DNA from: Octopus vulgaris
Lineage: Eukaryota
Assembly: GCA_951406725.2 (NCBI GenBank)
Contig: OX597820.1
Span: forward strand, 6,696,001-6,760,000
Direction of reading: 5' to 3'
DNA length: 64,000 nt
A program made the translations under genes and the position numbers. The notes below the pieces were generated by a model. The model was not told the DNA's origin. It was given only the letters and a program-made list of their open reading frames with translations, and searched no databases. Shown one piece after another: positions 43,326 to 54,767 of this stretch. Each line of letters opens with the position of its first letter. The first letter of the stretch is position 1.

Positions 43326-43871
43326 AAAAAGTTACTTTTTTCGAAATTAATTTCCTTTCTTCCCTTCCTTTGATGGTACCTCCAAGGAACACGTAGCGAC
43401 CGACAATTTGAAGTGGTTTTCCATAGAATACCCTTCTTGTGGAACAGGCCAGAGTCTTGAAATTGCACGAGATTCTTCGTCCAGATTGTTTTGTTTCCTT
43501 GAGTGACACAACCACTTCTCTTATGTGACGTTATTTTACACACACTGGTTTGAAAAACAGTTAATATAGTCAGAGGTTTTAGTGTCACAGAAATAAAAAG
43601 AAGAGGAGGATATTTCCTAAAGTTGGACCTAAGTGGTAACAAATTAAAGACGCTCTAACTACTAAATTACTTAAACTTGAAAGCAAAGCTGAAATTTGAG
43701 ATATACTTCTTCTGCATTGCATTAAATCAGTATATTAAGTTTGGTAAAAGCTTGAGTAGGCATTATGAACCCCACTAGAATTTTGCATAATTTGAGTCAA
43801 AATTCATGAAAATTTAATAAAATGAAATTAAACACCTAAATATACAATAGTTATATATATATATAAAGAGT

Positions 43872-44058
43872 CGCCATGATAGATCGTTAGCCACTACACA
43901 CATTTTCTCTCCTTGATTTTTCTGTGTCCTTTTCTGTAGAAGAGCGTAGGTTCGAAACGTAAAAGACTCTTTCTATTCCTGAACGTTATACTAATACATC
44001 TGTTTGTTTTGTACACCACTTGTCTTCGTCTTTTGTTTTTTTTTCGTAAACTCTCCAT
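43872..44058 (+). mobile_element. pLTR-like family P1 unit with variant hammerhead motif (43929-43966)
   Basis: Homology to 36119 and 58830. Core CTGTAGA. Confidence 0.8.
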
Positions 44059-44078
44059 ATTCTTTCTTCTTTTTTTTC

Positions 44079-44288
44079 CTTTTTACTTGTTTCAGTCATT
44101 TTGACTGCGGCCATGCTGGAGCACCGCCTTTAATCGAGCAACTCGACCCCGGGACTTATTCTTTGTAAACCCAGTACTTATTCTATCGGTCACTTTTGCC
44201 GAACCGCTAAGTGACAGGGACATAAACACACCAGCATCGGTTGTCAAGCAATGCTAGGGGTACAAACACAGACACACAAACATACACG

Positions 44289-44351
<63 letters not shown>

Positions 44352-44500
44352 GACAGGCTTCTTTCAATTTCCGTCTACCAAATCCATTCACAAGGCTTTG
44401 GTCGGCCCGAGGCTATAGTAGAAGACACTTGCCGAAGGTGCCACGCAGTGAGACTGAACCCGGAACCATGTGGTTGGTAAACAAGCTACTTACCACACAG
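44079..44500 (-). mobile_element. SINE family B, slightly 5'-truncated
   Basis: Homology. Confidence 0.92.
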
Positions 44501-45145
44501 AAATTGCTAAACATAAAGAAGCCCTCATCGATTATTTTATTACCACGTCAAATTAAACCACCTATCTATATAAACTTTCCAGGAATTAATAATTTATTGT
44601 GAAATTTACCCCTATCAATACTAGTTTATTATGTCAAACGTAAGTTAATAATATTTAAACAATAAAAAAAGCCTCTATATATGTTATAAATTTATTGAAT
44701 AAAACTAGTAAATGGAACTATTTACCACAATTAACAAACGTAGAATATTTATCTGCATGTTTACTCCTTTAACCTGTGCAAATGGCTGCACCTTCTGTCC
44801 TGCGCTAAATATTATGGGAAAAGATACACTTCTCTAAAAAGTTCTTTAAGACTAATATAATTTGAAAGGTTGAATTCAAAGGGAGATACTCTTATCAACA
44901 GTTATAATTGGATTTATTTTCTTTGTTAATGATTTAGAGATTTATTTAATTTAATGTGGCCTGTCTAATCCCTTTTAAGGTAATATTCATTACGTTTTTT
45001 TCTTGGTTTTAAGTATATCTGTATCTAATACTATTATATAATTCTATTAAAAACTACATTTAACTATTTTACTCATTAATTGCTTAAGAGATAACATGCA
45101 TATATTTATATACATATATGTGTGTGTGTTAGTGTGTGCGTAAAT

Positions 45146-45176
<31 letters not shown>

Positions 45177-45183
45177 TATATGT

Positions 45184-45294
45184 ATCACCGTGACCGACCA
45201 GGTATCAGATGTTGCTACACATCGCTGGTCACAATGCACTTTGCATTGTTTTAGCCTGCAAAGGACGCCACCCCGCTGGCTAGGCAAGCAGGCC
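45184..45294 (-). mobile_element. SINE family C tail module
   Basis: Matches 46788-46899. Confidence 0.85.
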
Positions 45295-45313
45295 TATATA
45301 TATACACACACAG

Positions 45314-45363
<50 letters not shown>

Positions 45364-45676
45364 GGGGGAGAGAGAGGGGGGAGAGAAAGAGACAGAGAAA
45401 AGGAGTGAAACAGACAGAGAAGAGAAAGTAAAATAAAGCGCAGCTTCTACTTTTCGTAAACCTTAATTCGGATAACAATATCCATATTTCATCCAGGGTT
45501 TCGTTATTAGCATGTACTTAGAACGTTTATAAATATAATTAATTGAAGCAGACCATGAACCAATCAAGGAACGAGTGTTGCATGTGAATGCTCAATAATA
45601 GCAGATAAATAAATTGTTATTCATCCTATGTGGAGAGAAAATACAGGCAATCTTTTTCTGTTAGAGTATTAGGAGA

Positions 45677-45840
45677 TTGTGTCTGGGGAGAGTAATTTTC
45701 TTTTTGTGCCTTATTACGTAACGCACTCACCGGTAAAATTTCCACGTTTTTCTTATTTTTATTATCCTAAAATTTTCACTGCGTCTTCCAACCTTTTCAA
45801 TAGTTTTGACTCTTGCAAACCAAATCCAAAAACGAAATAT
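45677..45840 (-). mobile_element. pLTR-like family P2 copy with inverted end segment
   Basis: 45677-45810 is antiparallel to 43124-43260, while 45811-45840 is parallel to 43295-43324. Confidence 0.75.
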
Positions 45841-46411
45841 TAGGAGATTAAAAACTTGTCAAATCGAACTCATTTCTTCTGGCGGCCACAGAATATAAAA
45901 AGTTGTGGTGAAATCACTTCGTTGAACTTTCACAGAGAAACTAAAATATTTTGCTTGTTAATAATAATATAATTTACATTGGAAACTTTTAATGTAAAGC
46001 CATAATATATGACTGAGTACATAGAAAAAGATATTCACATAAACTGATTCACGGAGACATACACATACACACACATATGTAAATAGATCTGTCTTCTCTG
46101 TTTCCATAATGTAATTTCCTGTTAAGTGACGTGTGTGTGTGTGTACGCTAGTAAAATGCGATTGTTAGTAGCACTAGTTAGCGAGATGATTATGTTGAAG
46201 ATAAAGAGGAATGTGATATCAATTAATATGAGATAGAAATCTCTTTAAAATTATTTAAATAGCGTCAATGTCTGACGAATATTAGAACATATCAAACACA
46301 CAATATACTTTGGTGGTTGTTTAGGCCAGTGTCTGCTTTGATCCAGTAGACACATGGTTAATGTTGTTCTAGCCGTGGCCATCACCTCTTTCACGATTAT
46401 AGTACCTAGTC

Positions 46412-46479
<68 letters not shown>

Positions 46480-46485
<6 letters not shown>

Positions 46486-46670
46486 CAACAATTGAGGAAC
46501 GGCCACAATAGGCCGTTCGACCCACTAGAAAGAGCAGCCAGGGCTCCAACCGCAAATAGTAGTAATTCCTAAATTTAGTAGTAAATACTGCTATTTGCGG
46601 TTGGAGCCCTGGCTGCTCTTTCTAGTGGATCGAACGGCCTATTGTGGCCGTTCCTCAATTGTTGTTGAAT
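46480..46670. repeat. Fold-back inverted repeat, 85 bp arms
   Basis: 46480-46564 versus 46586-46670, 83/85 identical. Central CTAAATTTAG is itself palindromic. Abuts (TA)n. Confidence 0.95.
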
Positions 46671-46787
46671 TTATTTATAGTCTCTGACTATTTCCTCTTT
46701 CTCACTAGACCGCTGGTGGCAAAATAATTTCTATTGAATTATTTGCTACCCTAAATTGATTAATTGATGAAATATATATATATATAT

Positions 46788-47088
46788 ATCACCGTGATCG
46801 ACCAGTCTATCAGATGTTGCTACACATCGCTGGTCACAATGCGCTTCGCGTTGTTTTAGCCTTCAAATGATGCCACCCCGCTGGCTAAGCAAGTAGGCCA
46901 ACAGAAGAAAGAGTGAGAGAAAGTTGTGGCGAAAGAGTACAGCAGGGATCACCACCACCCTCTGCCGGAGCCTCGTGGAGCTTTAGGTGTTTTCGCTCAA
47001 TAAACACTCACAACGCCCGGTCTGGGAATCGAAACCGCGATCCTACGACCGCGAGTCCGCTGCGCTAACTACTGGGCCATTGCGCTTC

Positions 47089-47091
<3 letters not shown>
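46788..47091 (-). mobile_element. SINE family C, full length, within (TA)n
   Basis: Head TGGCCCAGTAGTTAGCGCAGCGGACTCGCGGTCGTAGGATCGCGGTTTCGATTCCC. Tail shared with 21887 and 45184. Confidence 0.88.
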
Positions 47092-47125
<34 letters not shown>

Positions 47126-47129
<4 letters not shown>

Positions 47130-47265
47130 CTCTTGAACTCCTTTTTGCCATTTGAGTGGAGTGGACATGAAATAAAATATCTTGCCACAGCGATTTGTAC
47201 TAGCACGTGACCAAATACCCAAGCCCCACCATGCTGCGCACCTATATATATACGTACACACACAC

Positions 47266-47307
<42 letters not shown>

Positions 47308-47447
47308 GTGTGTGTGTACGTAAGTATGAAGGTGCGCAGCATGGTGGGGCTTGGGTATTTGGTCACGTGCTAGTACAAATCGCTGTGGCAAGATATTTTA
47401 TTTCATGTCCACTCCACTCAAATGGCAAAAAGGAGTTCAAGAGGCCA
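47126..47447. repeat. 322 bp near-perfect palindrome centred on (TA)n
   Basis: 118 bp arms 47126-47243 and 47330-47447 are exact reverse complements. Inner palindrome 47251-47322, with a 7 nt non-matching spacer on each side. Confidence 0.97.
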
Positions 47448-48092
47448 GCGTGGTCACGTTGAGAGTTTCACGCTGAATCTCCATGGAAAGTACGCATGTT
47501 TGTGGTGAACTCAGCCACTTGTGCTTTAATTTCACAAGAAGACTCTTCTGTAGACGCGAATCAGCTGGAAAAAAACGTGTACTTACTTGTACTTGTGGCG
47601 ACATTCACCCTGGGTGGGTTGAGTCGGCTTCTTCTACCATGGAAGAAGTTTCGTGGGAATATGTGGATTTCACAGGCGGCCCCCAACAAGCCCGCATGTA
47701 GAGACATCCTGTTTGCCGCAGATTGTCCGCAGACAGAACGACCGAGGAGCCGCCGGTTACCGAAACAGTACTCCTAGGATTGTGGCCCTAATACCACTCG
47801 CTGTCTGACCAATCCGCCTTGGGTGGGCCCTACCAGGAACCGAATGTCCCGACGGCATAGATCTGACACTACCCGTTGCCAGCGTCCCTAAAGTCCATCC
47901 CCTCCTCACCGTGGTGGGGACGCTGGGAACGGGCAGTGTCAGAGCTATGCCGTCGGGAACTTCGGTTCCTGGTAGGGCCACCCAAAGCGGATTGGTATGA
48001 CACCGAGTGGTATTAGGGCCACAAACCGGCAGACGGGGCTCTGGTGAAAAATCCTCGGAAAAAACCGTGTCGTCGTAACTGAAGCAATGCCG
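47330..48092 (+). mobile_element. Old SINE (family D) interrupted by an insertion
   Basis: The body (GCAAGATATTTTATTTCA..CACGCTGAATCTCC..CTCAGCCACTTG..TAATTTCAC..ATCAGCTGG|CGTCGTAAC) resembles a cephalopod SINE recalled from memory. It resumes after 48070. Confidence 0.55.
47581..48056 (-). mobile_element. 476 bp non-autonomous RTE-derived element with 14 bp TSD
   Basis: TSD GGAAAAAAACGTGT (47567-47580) / GGAAAAAACCGTGT (48057-48070). Minus-strand 3' end ..GCCACAAGTACAAGTAAGT. The RTE/BovB-like 5' UTR motif GAGCTATGCCG..GGTAGGGCCACCCAA is present twice, inverted. Confidence 0.75.
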
Positions 48093-48174
48093 AGCGATAT
48101 TGACCGGGTCGTGTACGCTGTTGTGTCGATTCCTTTTCTCAGCTAAAAACAAATCCAGCTTAGTGATGAACCCA

Positions 48175-48209
<35 letters not shown>

Positions 48210-48651
48210 GTCTCTCTCTGTCTCTCTCTGTCTCTCCCTCCCTCTTCACAACATCACACTACCATATCTGAGTCGCACATCAGGATCCGGTTAGGCAGTT
48301 GTCTGTGTGTGTATTTGAGAGCAGACTTGTTTCCTGTTATTGTTCATTTCTCAGTAATTCTTTTGCCTCTCAATTCCTCTTTCTATTCTCTTTCTTGTCT
48401 TTGATAAAGGTTAATCACTCAAAACCTCAAATCCTCCCGTTTCTTACGTTGGTGCATTGCACTTCATTATCCAATCTTTGTTTGCCGTTTTCTCTTTGTA
48501 TGTCTACACTTTTCATACATGCCCTTTCATCTGTCTAATTCCACGTGGTATCTCGTTAGCCTCCTTTTCGCCTGAGATTTTACTCGTGATATTTTTGTGA
48601 TTTTCGACAAACAGCTACACACGCACATTCATATATGTACACAAACACATA

Positions 48652-48700
<49 letters not shown>

Positions 48701-48778
48701 TTACACACACGTATGTATACACACACGTATGTATACAAATATTTGTTTGCATTTGTCCTTATGCATTAATATAGACAC

Positions 48779-48837
<59 letters not shown>

Positions 48838-49046
48838 CAGATATATATATATTCATATATATATGTTGGTATATACTTATGCATATGAAAAAAAGAGAGA
48901 TATCGACCGACAGAAAGATAGATTGACAGACTGACTGAGACACATACATACAGACAGATAAATAGCTATATTGATTGGTAGAGAGATACAGAGATGCATA
49001 AATAGATAGGTAGGTAGATAGATCGATAGGTATACATACACACACA

Positions 49047-49104
<58 letters not shown>

Positions 49105-49106
<2 letters not shown>

Positions 49107-49523
49107 CGCAGGTGTGGCTGTGTGGTAAGTAGCTTGCTAACCAACCACATGGTTCTGGGTTCAGTCCCACTGCGTGGCACCTTGGGCAAGTGTCTTCTGC
49201 TATAGCCCTGGGCCGACCAATGCCTTGTGAGTGGATTTGGTAGACGGAAACTGAAAGAAGCCCGTCGTATATATGTATATATATATATGTGTGTGTGTGT
49301 GTTTGTGTGTGCGTGTATGTTTGTGTGTCTGTGTTTGTCCTCCTAGCATTGCTTGATAACCGATGCTGGTGTGTTTACGTCCACGTCACTTAGCGGTTCG
49401 GCAAAAAGAGACCGATAGAATAAGTACTGGGCTTACAAAGAATAAGTCCCGGGGTCGATTTACTCGACTAAAGGCGGTGCTCCAGCATGGCCGCAGTCAA
49501 ATGACTGAAACAAGTAAAAGAGA

Positions 49524-49525
<2 letters not shown>
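49105..49525 (+). mobile_element. SINE family B
   Basis: Full-length homolog. Confidence 0.92.
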
Positions 49526-49610
<85 letters not shown>

Positions 49611-50285
49611 AGTTACACAGACAGACAGATAGTTTATCCTATAGATACACATACATGAAGCGGCAGTACAGAGGACAGCTTGGCTTTCTATACCGAAATA
49701 TGTTGTTGGTTATAATATTGTCCCTCTGTCTCTGGACTCTTGGCAGCACTTCTAGTTAAAGCTACCTAACACTCGTCTGAATCTGCTGGAAATAGCAGCG
49801 AAAATTTCTCAAATCATCATCTACTATCTCAGATATGGATCCGCCGGGTAAACTTTTCGTACGTTTTCTGTACACATGAATAAAAGATACGGTGGGGGAG
49901 TCGAAGAATACAAGAAACTGTTTCCTTGAATGACCTTTTAGCCATTACTCCCCTTTCATGTTGTTCTAAGTAATTCCTTCGAGAATGAATCCAGTTTGAA
50001 TTATTTAAAGTTTTACAGTCAAAGAATTCTTCGCAGTTTATTGTTATTATGTTCCACACCATTATTCTTTAATATGGTTCCCATTTATTATTGTTTATCT
50101 CAATATTCCCGTAAATATCAAACTTAGGATTATATTAAACGCTCTTCACGCTATTGAACAGCCTTTACTCTACGATATACACAAAGGTACAAAAATACAA
50201 ACAGACGGCTCAGTTTCTATTTGCCTCACACACACACACACACACACACACGTACGTACGTACGTACGTACATACATACATACAT

Positions 50286-50320
<35 letters not shown>

Positions 50321-50336
50321 TACATACATACATACA

Positions 50337-50449
<113 letters not shown>

Positions 50450-50750
50450 TTTATCCGGATTCTAGTCCTGAAAAGTGGAAGACCACGTTTCTTAAAGGAA
50501 ATTTCTATCATAAAGACAACGTCAAAAATTTTCTATTTTTTGCTTTTAAGAAGGCATTGGGTACCTGAATTATTTAGGGTTATTGGCCTTCCGCTTGAGA
50601 AAGGTTTGCATTGTATGCGTCCGTTGAAATATGGTCCAGGTTGTTTCAGCCGTCTCTCTCTCATAATTTCCATATCTGTCTGGCAATAGCTGTAACATTG
50701 CGGCTCTCAAGTATCCTAAAAAGCTATCTGTGGCACACATGCACACACAG

Positions 50751-50814
<64 letters not shown>

Positions 50815-52210
50815 GCACACACATATATATATATTATACCTACAGGCTATATGCCATAACTAAGAATATATCACTTGACTATATAAAAATATAACTGCTC
50901 AAGATTTGTTTCAGGTAGTACTTTTTTCTGATTTATGGACAACTAACAGATAATGTATATTAAAGGAAAAGAGAGGTAGAGAGAGAAAGAGTAACAAAGA
51001 ACGAGAGGGAGAGAGAGAGAAACAGACGAACAGATAGACAGACAAAGATAGAAAGTAGCATTCACACCCACTGCTGTTGATATATAGAGATGCAGAGATA
51101 GACAACAATAAGAATTACATCATGTTAACGATTTCATCATAAGTCGTTTCTGGTCACAAAGTGAGGTCTCTGTTACTCTTTTGAAATGTAATACGAACCG
51201 GCCCCTGTCTTTGTAACCACTTCATTCATCTTTCGTTCAGCGAAAAATATTATTGAAAAACACCATACTGGAAAAAGAAATTCACAGACACTGGCGACAA
51301 ATTGTAGACGAAAGAATGAATATCAACGTAGAAGACTAGAAACCAATAAAACTGTGCAAGCTGATACCGTTAAACCCTTTAGTCATTCGACTGAAGCCAA
51401 AAAGCGACACACACGAAACTCTCTACAATTGAGTCATTTCAACAACTCTCTAGCGATAAAAAAAGCGTATAAAAATATGTGTACACCAGTTGACACATAC
51501 TGAGTTCTATATACCCAGCATGATTCGCCAAACTCATGGACATCCTTATACAAGCATATATATTAATAGACATATATAATTTAAGTTCGATTACGAGGAA
51601 CGTTTTCAATATGCAAATAAAAGCTCCTAGCCTAATATGCTGGCTACAGCCTAATGCTGCCAACCAGCGACACCAGAAGATCCCTGTGGTCGCCCTGACC
51701 TGTAACGATATTAAGCATAATTGATAAATAACCCTTAGTTAAACATCCGTTATTGCTATATCGGCCGAAGAAATGAATGCATGAACAAGATCTACCCGAT
51801 GTCCGTGGATATTACGGACTGTATTGTAATCATCCCAGCAATACGGTCTATGATCTCAAGAAATATATGATTTGTGGAAACGAGCGTAGCGATGCATTAG
51901 CATATTCATAAATTCCGTCCAAGGATTATCATATTATATACATATATATATATATATATATAAATATATGTAAGTATGCATGTATATATACATGAACATA
52001 TGTACATACACATATACATACATACATGTATATAAATATCATTAATAAAAAAAAAATTGTATTAACGCTTTACCGCGCATTCACACGGACCCTTGTCCTT
52101 CCGAATGGCATTGGAGGACCTAATTCGCGGACGTTTTCTTCCATCGGGTTACATCACCTCATTCATTATATATCTGTGTGTGTGTGCATACATATATAAT
52201 ATATGTAGGA

Positions 52211-52250
<40 letters not shown>

Positions 52251-52358
52251 TGCGAGTGTGATCATAAGTATACGTGTGTGTATGTATATATAAATATATA
52301 TATTTATAAATATACAGATATATATATATATATATATGTATATTCATAAATATACAGA

Positions 52359-52389
<31 letters not shown>

Positions 52390-52449
52390 TCATAAATATA
52401 CAGATATGTATATATGTATATATATCTACATATACATACGCACGCACGT

Positions 52450-52508
<59 letters not shown>

Positions 52509-52599
52509 CATATATATATACTCTCCTTCATAGTATTTACTGTGGATGAAATCAACTTTTTTGTCGAAATCTCAGTCATGTTTTTTGGATTGAAAGAAC

Positions 52600-52840
52600 A
52601 TCAAACGTAACATCTGATTAATTGCTGCCTCTTACCAATTCCACCAACACGATGTATTACCGAATCTTCTTCCAACTGTCAGAATCATTCTGCCAGAATA
52701 CAGTGGAATGGTGACGTTAGAATCAGATTCGAAAATTGCATACCTTACTGCTCTCTTGACTCTGGCCTCTAGAACAGGAATTACCACTTTCCTGACAATG
52801 TACCTGATTGTTCCAAAGTCACGTGAATCCGAATATAAAT
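52600..52840 (-). mobile_element. Possible old RTE endonuclease relic
   Basis: WN..GTLSGK and LYSGR fragments in shifted frames. Confidence 0.25.
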
Positions 52841-53145
52841 TGGTAACTGGCATCATTTGATGAAAGTTGATGGCAGAACGATGTAACCTCACAAGACAAC
52901 AAAATGCAATAATTTTTAGAAGTCTTTCGATGCTGCTGAAATGCCGAGATTACTATTAGGTTTTCGTCATTTTCTTTGTTCAAAGGAAATTTTATTTGGG
53001 GGGAAAAACGGTAAAGAATATGAGAAAGAGAAAAAGACGGAAGATAAGAAGGAAAAAAAAAATTTTTTTTAATAGCAGTTCAATTATGTGGAAGAGAAAT
53101 GCTAATAACAATAATAATCTCTCCCAGCTTGCAGCAATAATAATA

Positions 53146-53682
53146 CCAGGCTGTGGCTCTCATGGCTTCTGATCATAACTGATTAGAAGTGCTATCATGT
53201 ACAAGTTTTGTCTTGGCATAAAAGATAGGACACTGCAAATATTCTGCTCACTACCTCAGATTTCCTTGTCAGTGGTTTGACCTTAACCTGTTAAGCATGT
53301 TAACCACGAGGATGGTTTGTGTTTCTCTGACCACGAGCAAAAGTAGTGGGAGAGCATCACAGCCATCTGCTAGGGTGAATTCTTTGGGATTTCAATAATT
53401 CACCACTGGAAACATGGGTGTTTTGTTCATACTCCTTAAACAAGCTTTATTCTGGGACCTTTTGAGTGAGATGTGCTACTCGACCTGAAGAAAATTTTAA
53501 CTGGGCTCCAGCTGAAATGTCATGCGCTGTTTATCTTGATATGAGACCACCATGTCGCGCACATGCTGTTGTGATGCATGTGATTGGTGCACCCTTATCG
53601 GACGCGTAGTCATGTTGGATATATTGCACTTCGTATATTTTACCCCAGGGTCATTTTGATGGCGTGCCTTGCTCTTTCACTC
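53146..53682 (+). mobile_element. Non-coding interspersed-repeat-like segment bounded by (AAT)n, possibly an R4/Dong-type 3' UTR or dependent element
   Basis: GC-richer block with AAT repeats at both ends. Recalled as a common octopus repeat; the family assignment is inference. Confidence 0.4.
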
Positions 53683-53722
53683 AATAATAAAAATAATGAT
53701 AATAGTAATAATAATAATAAAT

Positions 53723-54025
53723 ATGAGTGGTACAGAGAAAATAGCAAAGTACCAGGACCTAACCATTGGATTACAGAGACTATGGAAAGTGCGGGTAGAA
53801 CGTATCGCAGCAGTTATAAGAGCATTGGGAACTATCCTTAAAAACATTAACAAATGGATTAATGAAATTGGCATAAAACCCAGTCTTGTACAGCTCCAGA
53901 AAACAGTATTATTAGGGACAGCTAGGATATTTAAGAAGGTGCTTGGGATCTAAGGTTACTTGCTTTAACCCGATGTTAGGATTTTCTCTTTTCCAACAGT
54001 CTATTCTGTTGTGTGTATATGAAAA
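53723..54025 (+). mobile_element. R4/Dong-like LINE 3' end
   Basis: EKIAKYQDLTIGLQRLWKVRVERIAAVIRALGTI..LQKTVLLGTARIFKKVLGI*, followed by (AAC)n(AAT)n. Confidence 0.88.
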
Positions 54026-54050
54026 TAACAACAACAACAACAACAACAAC

Positions 54051-54125
<75 letters not shown>

Positions 54126-54716
54126 TCGCACAATGTGAATACAAAAGGAGACACGACAATGAGGCCAGTTAAGTCCAATGGTTGTTGTGCGTTAAAGCAA
54201 ACCTGGAAAGATCCGAACAATGGTATGAACATAAACAAGAGGGAGTAACGGAAAACGAACATTACAAAATACTCTGGAATTTTATCATGCAGTGCGCCCA
54301 AGTCACAGAGGCGAAACGTCCAGATACTGTGATCCTCCATAAAGATGAAAAAGAAGCAAAGATAATAGATGTTGCAATACCAGGCGATTCTAGGGTGAAA
54401 AGATAAGGAAAGAGAGAAGATTGAGAAATACTAGCCACTGTGGGACGAGATAGGAAAGTTCTGCGGCATGAGGAAAGTAATGGTGATACCGGTGGTAATT
54501 GGAACATTAGGAGCAGTTTCCAAGGGCTTTGAAAAACATATTCAGAATATTGGAGCTGCTGTCAGGCTCAAAGTGATCCAAACACAGCATTGTTGGGTAC
54601 AGCTTGCATTCTAAGGAGAGTATTGTCTTTTTGAGTCACAGAAGGCACTAATTGAAACCTTTGGTGATTTGTTATTACCTGCTTTCAAGTAATTAAGAAC
54701 TATCAGAGAGTCTTTC

Positions 54717-54717
<1 letters not shown>
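54126..54717 (+). mobile_element. R4/Dong-like LINE 3' end (restriction-like endonuclease domain)
   Basis: EYKRRHDN..WYEHKQEGVTENEHYKILWNF..KRPDTVILHKDEKEAKIIDVAIPGD (RHD and PD..D motifs). (AAT)n on both sides. Confidence 0.9.

Positions 54718-54767
<50 letters not shown>

Noticed and set aside
47757-48152. 131 aa GC-rich ORF
   Set aside because: It crosses a TSD boundary and an inverted repeat of a non-coding element, and has no recognisable domain.
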